From contig NC_047019.1 in NCBI RefSeq assembly GCF_902652985.1, forward strand, positions 40,486,001-40,550,000: DNA of 64,000 bases, read 5' to 3'. Source of the DNA: Pecten maximus. Its lineage: Eukaryota. This document shows positions 52,601 through 64,000 of the stretch, in pieces. The position numbers and the translations under genes were made by a program. The notes under the pieces were generated by a model. That model did no database searches. It was not told the origin of the DNA and saw nothing but the letters and a program-made list of their open reading frames with translations. Numbering within the stretch: position 1 is the first letter of the stretch; every line of letters starts with the position of its first letter.

Positions 52601-55600
52601 TGTTCATATTATTTCAAGGTGCAGTCTTAACAGATAAAATGTTTATAAATATTAACAAACGAGTCTATCTTTAACATAATTGAAGCACTTATAAAATGGA
52701 TGCTAATTGAAGCACCTATGATATGGATGTTGCCATTATATGATTTTCATGAGATTTACTCCCAAGCACTCTCCTAAAAGATTATCATTCTGTGTCAGAT
52801 TTCTTTTCTTCATGGTTCTTCATGCAACTACAGGAAGCTAATATGTTGTTATGGAGTAGTATTCTACCTGTGTCTTTTTTCTCCTTGGTTCTGACACCAT
52901 ACTCAAAAGTGATCTCCGTGTCGGATGTCACATTTCCAACATTTTTCACCACTTTGCTTTCTTCTGTGTCTTCATAGTGAAAGAACCTGCATAAAGATGA
53001 AAAGTTTTGAAAAACAAAATCTATTGTCAATTCAGATTTTAAGGCAAGATTACATCCAGTTAAGTCAGTAACTTGACAGTGAAAGAATAAGTTGTATTGT
53101 AGAAATTTTTGATAATGACAGACTAAATATCCAGGGGATTCCAGAGTGGTAGCACTGGATGATGGCAGACATGGTATTGATAACTCTGTAACTGCTGGAA
53201 ATGTTGTAGAAATAATCTAACAGGCCACATGTGGGAACCAACCGTACAGATGTATACATGTGTACACCACCACTAACATAGGTTATGGACCAGATGTGGT
53301 TTACAGCCCACATGATCACATACTAAAATACATACAGCTGTTTATGTAGGATCAACGTTGCCACCACATTTGTTGCTATGATGCGACCTTCCAATATAGT
53401 TGAGAACTCCTGTGTCAGCTTCAGTGGGTCCACTATGTTAATCTGTTATCAACACAATCAAGATCAAATTATTAACTTTTATTCTTTTCAGGCACAATTT
53501 ATTAATGAAGTAATATTTAAAGCAGAGTAGTCTATACAAAATCCCAAATAACTTAATATTTATATTTGTTTCTGTCTTGCTGGGTTTACTATAACAAATT
53601 TGAGGTTACTGAAGATTTCTATCCAGCATCTTTACTGGTTGTTTGTATAGTGTCATTTCTCTTTTCCATTTGTGTTTAATGCTATTTCATGAGTTTGTTT
53701 TTATAACTGCAGTGAAAAAGAACACTGATTTAATATACATGTATTATTACATAGGTATACTATTTTGTATATAAACAAGTACCTGTCCTCCAGTCTTGTC
53801 GGCCACTTTACCAAGTTGTATCATCTTACAGTCTGTGCCCTTCATGCTGATCACCGAGACAGACACCCTATAATACACAATATCACCCTATAATGCATAT
53901 CATTATACAACTACACTATTTACTCAATGTTGATTGGTCTAAACAGGTCCAAATTAGATGAGATATTAACCTGCAATGATGAAAATTTGCATGAGAGGTT
54001 AATGTTGAAATCCAAAAACCCTGCCATGAGCTCGCAGGTTAATAACTGAATCCAAAACACCCACTGTAAAATATTGACCAATCAGATGCCAGTAAAAATC
54101 AACTTGTTTCGGAAATGTTTCCAAAGAGGAAGTAGCAAGAATCTTGAACAAAAAGGATGCAAAAATACAAGGAGAGCCATGGAAATCGCAATTACTGTCC
54201 TGCACTCCTACATGGAGGAAACAACATTGAAAACGACTTTCTGCAAATTAATGTTGACGAACTGTGTCATGTCAACTTTTGCTCTAAAACGAGGAAAATA
54301 TCATTTTATTTAATCAATAAAACAGTTTTCAACCTTTTTTCAGATGAATATGAGGATCTCATTCAAAGGTTGATAATTGTATAATATCACCCTATAATAT
54401 ACAATAATATTCCTTCATTCTTGTGGTGATCAAGCATAACACTACACAATGAATATCTAATTTGTATATTTTTATCAAGTCTGAACCCTAACTGACAGTC
54501 TACATACCCCTTGTCAGCAGCTGTGTCAGCAACACCTTCATAAAAGTCAAGGGAACTCTCCTGCACCTCAGTAGTGGATATATCCAGACGACCAAGGCCC
54601 ACATTGGCAAGACCATCAGTGCAGATTATGACCTTTGAACCTGGCTGTTGGGAGGCCATTGTTGTAGCAACAAGTAAGGCAGGCCCTAGAGCTGTAGCCC
54701 CACCCTCCTCTAACCTATAAAATCACAAGCAAATACATATAGTGCCATCATAGGGAGATTTAACAGAACTAATATTATCTGTTGCACAAACTGTTTTGAC
54801 AGAATGAATAATGAAATCAAGGTTTGACATTCTAGTTTGTGACACGAGTAAATTAAAAATTTCTTGATGTTTGTGATGTGGATGTACAGTTGTACTTCAA
54901 AAGTGGAATAATTAATATTAAATTAACACTAAGACATGTGCCTTGTGAAAATAAAACATTTTTAATTGGATATAGGGGGACTCGGATTCAACATCAGCAG
55001 TGCATGCCAACAGTAAAGAATTATCAAGAAGAATTACATACAATCAAACACTTTCTGAAAGAAAGAAAAAGAAAAACGAGAGGCCCATGGGACTTACCGG
55101 TCACCAGAGATTTCATATATTTTGGCAGATTTAATTCCTGTTACCTTGAATTTGAGGTTAATCTCATTCAACCCGGCATGCTACAGGTCGCATTATCAGG
55201 TATCTTGGCCTCTTGTTTATTGAAAAAACGTTCTTTTCAGCATTTTAGCATATTTAACCCCTGTGACCTCACAACGATTGTCAAAATCATTCCTTTGGAC
55301 AATCTTGATAGCCCTTCACCCAAACATGCTATGGGCCCAATCTCATGTCTCTAGGCCTCTTGGTAATTGAGAACAAGTTGAAAATGTAAATGGGTTTTTA
55401 CATACGGACTATGCACGGCGACAGACAAAAGGTGATTAGAACAGGTCACTTCAGACTTTGTCTCAGGTGACCTAAAAATGTGAGTTTGTGCAAATACCAC
55501 CTTGTCGTTTTTTTCTATCTATGGCAGAAACTCCAGGTTTAGATAATCTTTTAACTCATACTTACTCAAAGATTTTAGCACTGAGTGTTGAGCGTGTGGT

Positions 55601-58600
55601 TCTTATGTCGCCGGGGGCGGGAAGGTCCGTGCCTATCTTCACTAGTTCCTCCTTCTCTGTGAGCTTATCCCCAGCAATGACAACTGGTGTGGTCTTACCA
55701 TCACCCACTACTACAACCTACAATGTCAGAAAGTCCTTAGAGGGTACGCGAGCAGAAAGAACACAGCTATCTTTCCTCACATCTTGCAGGTAATAATTGT
55801 TGCATTAAAAATCAAGACCAAAGAAAAATTGTGTAAAATAATGCTGATCTAGTGTTAGAGACATGTCATCAATCTAGCCGGTGAACTAACCTCATTGTTG
55901 AAGATTATCAAAGCCACTCGTCTGTTTGGGTTGTTTTTCGACATCTCCTCCAGTTGTTGGTCAACAGCGGCTTGAGCTGCTTGTAGTCGTGACACAAATG
56001 TCACATTTCTTTTCTGGTTGGGCAAAAACTGGTCACGTCTGTCATCCTGCATCCGATGTACATTTCTGGCACTTCCTCCTCCTCTTAACTTCAATTTACC
56101 TGGCACCTGAAAATAATCATAGAGATATACAGTAACTATAATCATATATATAGTACCTGATTTTCTGGACAACAACTAGAACAATGCAAAGTATTGTAAA
56201 CGATCCATTGTTTCCCAAATCCTGACAAACTATAAAAAATTAACTGTATATAGTGGGAACAAGTGTCATGTGACACATATACGCAATATCAAAACAGGAA
56301 GTGACAAATTGATCATGTGACACACATACACAATATCAAAACATGTACAAGAGGTGACAAATTGATCATGTGACACACATACACAATATTACAACTGTAG
56401 GTGACATTTTGATCATGTGACACACATACACAATATCAAAACAAGAGGTGACAAATTGATCATGTGACACACATTCACAATATTACAACTGTAGGTGACA
56501 AATTGATCATGTGACACACATACACAATATTACAACTGTAGGTGACAAATTGATCATGTGACAAATTGATCATGTGACAAATTGAGAATGTGACACACCT
56601 ACATAATATCACAACTCATGGTAGGCAAGAAATGAAAAGCATACACAAGATATTTATCTGTCAGAATGTCTCAAGTTTGGCATCAGGGAAATTTGGTATA
56701 ACTGTATACTGGCCTTTATAAGATGGCTGCTCCATACCAATCTTTATTCTAATCAACATATTGACTATCTAATGCTATATTATTTATAGTGAATAAAATT
56801 ACTGAATGCAATTATGTATTTCATTTTTTCCAAAACTCATGACCTATAAAGCTGCTCTGGTTCCTTACCTCTGTAGTGATGCACATGCTGCCTGAGACAT
56901 CCACACAGAAAATAACTAACGAGTTGTCTGTGCCTTTGGGTCCACTGGTTGTGGTAGACAGGGCAGGGGTCAACATAAAGGTCACATCATCCTGGGAAGG
57001 TTTCTCTTCCTCCACAATGTCCACCTCCATCTGCTGACCACAGAACTCACACCTCCACACCTGTTGGGGAGAAAATATGTATAATGATTTATAAAGTGTA
57101 TTGAAAAGAAATAAGAGACAATCTTTTTTGGTTTCTGTATGAATATTAACAAAGGTATGGTGGAATGATGGATTAAAATTTTCATTACATTTTAATATTT
57201 ACAATTGCATGACAATGCCTTGACATTTTAAGTAAACAAGTAACTAGAAAGAAAATTGATTTTATAAAGGATTGTGAATGGCATCTTGATCTTCTATAAG
57301 AAATGAAGTTTGAACAGAGAAAACTTGCCATTCATTTTTTATAGATTTAGACTGGAGTCAAAACACATATCAGAAAGAAAGCTGAAAGTTCAGCTATAGT
57401 TCAATGAAAAGTTGCCGAAGATTCACAAAGAAAATAAACAATTTTAATTGGTGATTTCAAATTGACAAGAAGTACTTTTATTTATCATTTTTAAACACAC
57501 AACAGAATTCTAAAACACAAAAAACATCACTTTATAATATCACAAAAATTATTGTAGTCGAGGGAAATAACTGTTAAACAAAACTTGGAAATCCAAAAAA
57601 TCACAACAAATTTTGCTGGAATTGAGGTGTCCAGATTAACAAGAGCTTACTGTACAACATTAATTTACCTTTCATAGTCATTATCAATGACATAACTTTG
57701 CAGTCAAACATAAACTAATGTACCTACATAACAATGAAATGATCCTTGCATATAAAACTGTTACCAATAATGTATTTATCAGGCTGACAGTAATAAAACT
57801 GTTTAGAAATAACTAACTCCTTCTTCACTTCATCTGAACAAAACTTCTGCATTTGTACAGAAATAGAGGAACTAATCTGATTAACCTGAAAATGTTGTAA
57901 GTTTTGTCTTGATGAAGAGTTTTTACCTTGACATCCCCACGGTCCTCAAGCTTGCAGAGATGAGAAAGAATGGCCTGACAGTTGTCACAGTACACAGCAT
58001 CACCAGTGTGCATATTACTAGGGGTGACCAGAGTCTGAAAGTTGATGGACACAATGTTTGTGTCTGCTCGCCGTTCTCTTCGTCCACCAGGAGTGATTTC
58101 TGAACTGCTTCGTTCAACACCTTTAAATTTCAATTGTTAATCTGTAAAATCATACTCAATTTTAAACTGAAACTGAGATCACATCTAATGAATAATGGTG
58201 AACTTGCACAAATACATGCAGTCAAACCTGTGTAAAGACAACTCAAGGAACCAGCGAAAAAGTGCCCTTTATAGACAGGTGATTTTTATCTACAGGTTTA
58301 TATACAGTGAATCATGTTATACACGTATTGGGAACTGAAACAGGCTCCAGTCTCATCACTATTCCTTAAACTATCAATGAGACTGGGGCCTATGGTCTTC
58401 ATATACAGGTTTTTGTTACAGATATGGTTTTCAGCGCAGGTTCGACTATGGTAAAAAATGTCCTTGCTCTAACATCCATTTGTTAAAAACATAATTTCAG
58501 TGGCTTGCTTGATTTTCATTTACTAATACTATAAAGAAAAGCTTTCAAAAGTCTAACTTCAGATGAAATTATCTTACAATATTCTTCATTTCAAATGATA

Positions 58601-60231
58601 TCTCCTTTTCCCATAGTAGCAGTAGAAATACTCAGTAGTTGACGTGGGATTGTTGAATCTCGACCCTATCCTTGAGGATCAAAGATTTCCTCTCGGAAGA
58701 CATTTTCTATACTAGTCAAATTCCTCAGATAATCATTAACCTTACCTTCAGGAGGTGCACTCCTCCAATGTCCTCGTTTTGCCGCACCTTTAGCTTTGGA
58801 TTTCTCTGCTCCAATGTGTCGAAAGCGAGGGGCAACCGGAGGAAGATAGGGAGGAGGAGGAGGCACAGAAGAATTTATATCTGCTGGCCCACCACCTACA
58901 GTACCTGGTGATGGTGACAGGCCAACTAAACTATCTGCAAATATTAAGGAGACGATGATAAAACTCCTTTTATGGCAGCTCATGTGTAGGGTTTTTCAAT
59001 ATTCAATATCTTTATAAGTATATCTTTATAAGTATATCTTTGTAAGTATATCTTTATAAGTATATCTTTATAAGTATATCTTTGTAATTATATCTTTATA
59101 AGTATATCTTTATAAGTATATCTTTGTAAGTAAAATCAGGGATACTATTATATATCCCTGGTATAATTCATATTCTAAAATCACGATTAGCTGAAATCAA
59201 TTTCAAATTTGAAATTGTTGATAAAATAACTATCGGTATTTGAAAATTTACTTTGGTAATTATATAATCAATCAAAATCTGGAAGAATATTAAAATCATG
59301 ATATGAACCAGAAAGTAGTGTAATTCTTTTAATATATTTATTATTATCTCTTTTTTTTAATGGTTCAAATTTTTGCAGTTTTACCCAAAGGGAATGTATT
59401 CTACAACGAAATTATGAAATAAACAATAATTATAATTAATGATTTTATTTCCAAGGTACCTAATTTTCTATCTTTTTATCTTCCCTCATAAAAAGAAGAG
59501 AAAAAAGAATAAAAAAAAACCAAGTGAGCTCCTTGAATATAAATGGTAGATGTTAATTACCAATACACTTTGGAAAATTGAAACTCACCACTAACGAGTT
59601 CATCCTCAGAGTCAGAGTCAGAATCACTACAAAACAAGGAAACAAAAGATAAATCCAGACAACCAATTTACACAATAATCTTATTAAAACAAACTGATTA
59701 CAATTATTTCAATTTAAGATGGTTATCTTAAACACAAACCGCAATTCAAAATGGTGTTCAATTTGAGTTTTTGAAAATGTCTCCTATGTCAAGTAAATAA
59801 AGTGCAAACATAATATTATGCTATATAAATACAATACCATCTTTATTTTCCAAGTAGTACTGGTAGAGTAAAATAATAACCATCCAGGAAGATAAAATAC
59901 ACTTTCCTTTGTTGAAGTAAATATACTTAAGCTTTACCCACAGAATTCAGTCATCCCACAGCAAAGAATTGCCCAAGAGTCAACCCAAGGGTTGTTTTAT
60001 TACCTTTTTTAAAATTCATTGAGGGAACATCCTTTAATAGAGACATAATCTGCTAGTTTATCAGACAGTAGCTAGCTTTACAATCAAGGACAATGTAGGA
60101 CTCAGGTACTCAACTATTTATCATCACAAGTTAACTTACCTGACATCCATACCACCTTCATACTCATCATCAGATATAACTTCATATTCCAACGAATCAT
60201 AGGCATAGACGAAATCCGAACCGAAATCCAT
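46644..60231 (-). CDS. Circularly permutated Ras protein 1-like (Sec23/24-type zinc finger + vWA domain), 16 coding exons, ~786 aa
   Basis: Exons: 60231-60140 (MDFGSDFVY), 59626-59589, 58934-58746, 58120-57927 (CDNCQAIL), 57060-56869 (WRCEFCG; CVDVSGSM MIDAS), 56106-55891, 55717-55566, 54714-54508 (EEGGATALGPA; IICTDGLANVGLG), 53867-53783, 53442-53336, 52986-52868, 52525-52274, 52157-52031, 50598-50490, 48402-48214, 46736-46644 (TAA). Phases are consistent and total 2361 nt. Confidence 0.85.
51212..51951 (-). mobile_element. HINE-like element in an intron of the CPRAS1-like gene
   Basis: CAAGAGGCC...TCACCTG end, three ~165-bp internal repeats (ATTTCCCCTATTGGACCC...AGACCAAATTTCATC), terminal hairpin GGCCCTTCAGGCC and GCTAAA end. 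Confidence 0.6.
53902..54385 (+). mobile_element. Crypton-like non-autonomous element with a decayed coding relic
   Basis: Inverted ATTATACAA/TTGTATAAT ends. Frameshifted relic KDAKNTRRAMEIAITVLHSYMEE...NDFLQINVDELC resembles the region N-terminal to animal Crypton recombinases. AATATCACCCTATAAT is repeated at both flanks. Confidence 0.45.
55075..55477 (-). mobile_element. HINE-like element
   Basis: AACGAGAGGCCCATGGG end, CCCCTGTGACC cores and AGGTCACTT...CAGGTGACCTAAAA end. Confidence 0.55.
56264..56612. repeat. Degenerate ~47-52-bp tandem repeat
   Basis: GTGACAAATTGATCATGTGACACACATACACAATAT units. Confidence 0.85.
58220..58448. mobile_element. Old Tc1/mariner(pogo)-type MITE
   Basis: CAGTCAAACCTG ... 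CAGGTTCGACT imperfect TIRs, with internal ATAGACAGGT/ATACAGGT repeats. Confidence 0.5.
59007..59132. repeat. 14-bp minisatellite (~9 copies)
   Basis: Unit TATCTTTATAAGTA. Confidence 0.9.
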
Positions 60232-60384
60232 TGTCGATCTGTTAATGTTCTCCTGGTTAAAAACAAGGTGAGAAACCTATTATGGGTTATATATAAGATA
60301 GAGTATGGAACTGTGTCTATATAGCATCGCAATATACCGGCCAAATACTATTGAGACTTGCAACAAACATACATAGCTACAGTA

Positions 60385-61176
60385 CAAGGTCTAGTCCCTT
60401 ACCTAGCATGGCCGGTCTCTACATCCAAGTACCAGGTCTAGGGTCTCGCTTATCTAGCATGGCTGGTCTCTACATCCAAGTACCAGACCTAGGGTCTCAC
60501 TTACCTAGCATGGCCGGTCTCTACATCCAAGTACCAGACCTAGTGTCTCGCTTATCTAGCATGGCCGGTCTCTACATCTAAGTACCAGGTCTAGGATCCC
60601 CCTTACCTAGCATGGCCGGTCTCTACATCCAAGTACCAGGTCTAGGATCCCCCTTACCTAGCATGGCCGGTCTCTACATCCAAGTACCAGACCTAGGGTC
60701 TCACTTATCTAGCATGGCTGGTCTCTACATCCAAGTACCAGACCTAGGGTCTCGCTTATCTAGCATGGCCGGTCTCTACATCCAAGTACCAGGTCTAGGA
60801 TCCCCCTTACCTAGCATGGCAGGTCTCTACATCCAAGTACCAGACCTAGGGTCTCACTTACCTAGCATGGCCGGTCTCTACATCCAAGTACCAGACCTAG
60901 TGTCTCACTTACCTAGCATGGCTGGTCTCTACATCCAAGTACCAGACCTAGGGTCTCGCTTATCTAGCATGGCTGGTCTCTACATCCAAGTACCAGACCT
61001 AGGGTCTCGCTTATCTAGCATGGCTGGTCTCTACATCCAAGTACCAGGTCTAGGGTCTTCCTTACCTAGCATATGGCTGGTCTCTACATCCAAGTACCAG
61101 ACCTAGGGTATCCCTTACCTAGCATGGCCGGTCTCTACATCCAAGTACCAGACCTCAGGTCTCCCTTACCTAGCAT
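60385..61176. repeat. 51-bp minisatellite (~15 copies), with decayed copies out to ~62300
   Basis: Unit CTAGCATGGCCGGTCTCTACATCCAAGTACCAGACCTAGGGTCTCACTTAC; source of the MAGLYIQVPDLGS ORFs. Confidence 0.92.
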
Positions 61177-62326
61177 AAACCTGAGTACTAGCCTGGAGTC
61201 TCCAAATTAGCTAGCAGGGTCTCTACACCCAAGCTAGCAGGGATTCTACATCTGAGTTATCTCCCTTAGTCCATGGTATGAGAACACAGGTAAGTTACAA
61301 TAATGTACCTGTAGCTGGCTAGTAATGTCTTGCCTATGTGTACCGATTTTTCCCCAAGACAGATTAAAATAAAGATGAACTGTATTCAAGTTATACGTGT
61401 CCTATTTTTTGTATTCACAAGGAAAAAGTCACAATTTTTTAATCGTATAATCGGTTACCAAGATCATCTGATTACAACCGATCATCGGTTGCCTTGTTCA
61501 ACCGATTACCCAACACTAATGATATGTGGTCTCTGATGACCCCTGTTGTTACTGTATCCTTACTTGGTGTTTGTAATATCATTGATGCGTTCAAGATTAT
61601 TTCTGACTTTTCACATCATAAATTTAATCATTTGTTTTTTTGTTTAGTAAAAAAAATGAAAAATATTATTTCTGTATTGTTGTTGTTGTTATTATTTATA
61701 GCAGCACTCAATAATGTATGAAACAATTATTAAACATGAAAAATATCACAAGGGACATATCATAGAGTAGCGTAGAGGAATGGAAATTACAAGTCTAATT
61801 TTAATCAGATTCTTACAGTACCAGACCCAAGAGTCTCCCAATTAGCTAATAGTGTTTCTAATACACCCGGGTAACAGGCCTTAAATTGTCTCCTTTAGCT
61901 ACTTGGGTCAAAATCCATACCCAAGTTCCAGGCAGATTAGGTCTCCATGCTAACTAGTAGGGTTTCTACATCCCAAGTACCAGGTTGAGGGTCTCCCTTA
62001 GATATAGCTTGGCTGGGTCTCTATCAGGGCATTCCCTTTAAGTATAATGTATAGGCTATAGCAGTACTAATCCGAAGGGTTCTGATGTTAATATCGCCTT
62101 TCAAGCCATGTAGTAAGATCGTCAGAAAATTCGGACTATAGCAGTACTAGGGTCTCCCTTAGATTAGCCTGGCTAGGTCTCTATCAGGGCATTTCCCTTT
62201 TACTGAAAGATTTGATTCCCTTAAGCTATAGTGGACTGACTCTCCATATATATCAGTCTCATTTTTAGTACTACCAGCTAGCTATACCCTACCAAGGTCT
62301 CCCCTGGCTGTTAAGCTTAGGGTAAT

Positions 62327-62467
62327 CCTAACAGGAGAGGGAAAATGTGACAAGCAGACTGGGACTCGAATCCGGGACCTCTGAATTCTAGATGGATGCT
62401 CTAACCATTTGAGCTTTATATATGTATACCTGGCTACCGGTGCTCAGCCCAACCCAGCTTCTCTACA
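62327..62467 (-). mobile_element. tRNA-derived repeat, probably a degraded solo LTR of a second TRIMp3-type family (or a SINE head)
   Basis: Minus strand TGTAGAG...AGCTCAAATGGTTAGAGCATCCATCTAGAATTCAGAGGTCCCGGATTCGAGTCCCAG...ATTTTCCCTCTCCTGTTAG, with A and B boxes and ~140 bp length. Confidence 0.5.
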
Positions 62468-64000
62468 TGGTATATAGTGCAGGTCCACTGTTTTCTCTCA
62501 TTATTACATATAATCAGCTAATTATATATAATCTTATCTCATTGTACTGTCCAACTTTCTCATAGCAAACAAGTTACACACATTTCAAAGTGCCCTGATA
62601 GGGTATTATACACATGTATATGTAAACAAGCTGGTATTAAAGAAGCATATAGAATCACAAGCAACTAGTTTGTACACTAATTTAAAATAAATGAAATAAA
62701 TGTTACAATTTTTAATACGATTTCTAGACAATCCTGCTATTTGTAACAAAAGAACTACATTAGGTCTTTCAGGAAGAATGAGGAAGAAATAAAATTTTTG
62801 TTCAGCCTAAATTCTGGTTCTTAATTATAAATCAATACGAACATTCAGCAAATATTACATTGGGGATAGTAATTATAAAGAAAGATACATACTCAACGTC
62901 AACGAAAACAATCTTACTTGAAGGCCTAGAAAAGTTATTTACAAACATTCCTACAATTCGTGTTGTTTTGGGGAATCCCCACCAAATCTCTCTTTGACAT
63001 CAACCAAACAAATCTATTTCTTTCAAAATAAGTTATTTGTCTACTGCATTTTATCTTACCACATCATCGAGTATACTCACTTTACAATCTGTCTGCTACA
63101 TAAGATGAAAACTTTCAAAATTAAAATGAACCTGCAACATTCTAGATCGGAGGCGGAATAATTTCTAAAAATACCTTATGAACGTCATCTACATGTAGCT
63201 GACAGAGCAAAATCTGGAGAGGCCTCCCAAGGGATATTTAGTATCGCTAAGATCTCTCGAAATAAGATATGTGTCATATCCGCATTAAAACTGATGACAC
63301 TATTTTTTTCTAAATAAAGATTCAATTTGAAAAAAAATATATAAAGAAAAAAAAGTGTTACTGCAGTAATACAATACACTACTCAACGTTCAATTCGTTA
63401 TTCCGGAACTTAGGTTCTAAAAACATAACAAAAATAGTATTTCCGGTATGAAAATTTCAACATGGCGTCCTTGGATGTAAACAAACAGAAACAAAGCATC
63501 AACTTAGCCAATCGTTCAATATAAACTGTAAAGAACATCAAGAATTATTAATCATTAACAAGGTGTACATAAAGGTAAATATTTTTGTTTTTTCATGCAT
63601 CAGCATGGTACATGGATTGTATATGGAATGCTTAATTGAAAAAGAAGAAGAAAAACATCAAATACAATATGTAATGTCACGTCACACCATTCTCGAGAAT
63701 AAGAACATTGAATTGTTGAATTATCGAAATTCGACTACTTATCGGACTACCCAACCATATATAGATTCGCTTGCCATATTTACCTACAATGTTACAAAAT
63801 TGTGTATTCCATGAACGGGGATACACTACATTTAATGTTGAATAATAGTAAAATTAAAAAAAAAAAATAGCATACACATATTTCATAGCAGCAATCTAGA
63901 AGTTACAATACAGTGGATGTTTACAGCACATTAATGTTCCTTATCATATTACATCAAAATGGTACTTTCTTCACAAACAATATATATGTTAAGTGTGCTG

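Noticed and set aside
60351-61106. ORFs (MAGLYIQVPDLGS)n
   Set aside because: 51-bp minisatellite antisense to the CPRAS1-like gene; contains stops and indels.

Overview
Eukaryotic, AT-rich, intron-rich animal genomic DNA. The repeat landscape (TGACCTT-core Helentron-type elements, tRNA-headed repeats) suggests a bivalve mollusc; this is inference. Four genes can be reconstructed by hand from GT-AG splice sites: (1) a partial single-pass membrane protein with SUEL-lectin-like and CUB-like ectodomains (-, 224-3327, continuing past the left edge); (2) cytosolic thiolase ACAT2 (-, 9 exons, 18810-36133) with an apparent 1-nt frameshift in exon 6 and a very young gag/protease-deleted Gypsy element in intron 1; (3) RPL36A/eL42 (+, 5 exons, 36286-40216), head-to-head with ACAT2 and hosting two paralogous H/ACA snoRNAs; (4) a Sec23/24-zinc-finger + vWA protein of the 'circularly permutated Ras protein 1-like' type (-, 16 coding exons, 46644-60231). 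The most unusual structure is at 42886-44650. It is a tandem array of miniature LTR retrotransposons whose ~159-bp LTRs carry a tRNA-Thr(AGT)-like Pol III promoter (TSD CATG). A chimeric element has inserted into it in the opposite orientation (TSD CAGG). The chimera has an unrelated 899-bp 5' LTR joined exactly at the PBS to the TRIM body and 3' LTR, which looks like the product of intermolecular strand transfer with its helper retrotransposon. The window also holds many minisatellites and MITEs (IS3EU-like, hAT-like, 9-bp-TSD, TA-TSD, Crypton-like). All coordinates were read manually and no database searches were run.
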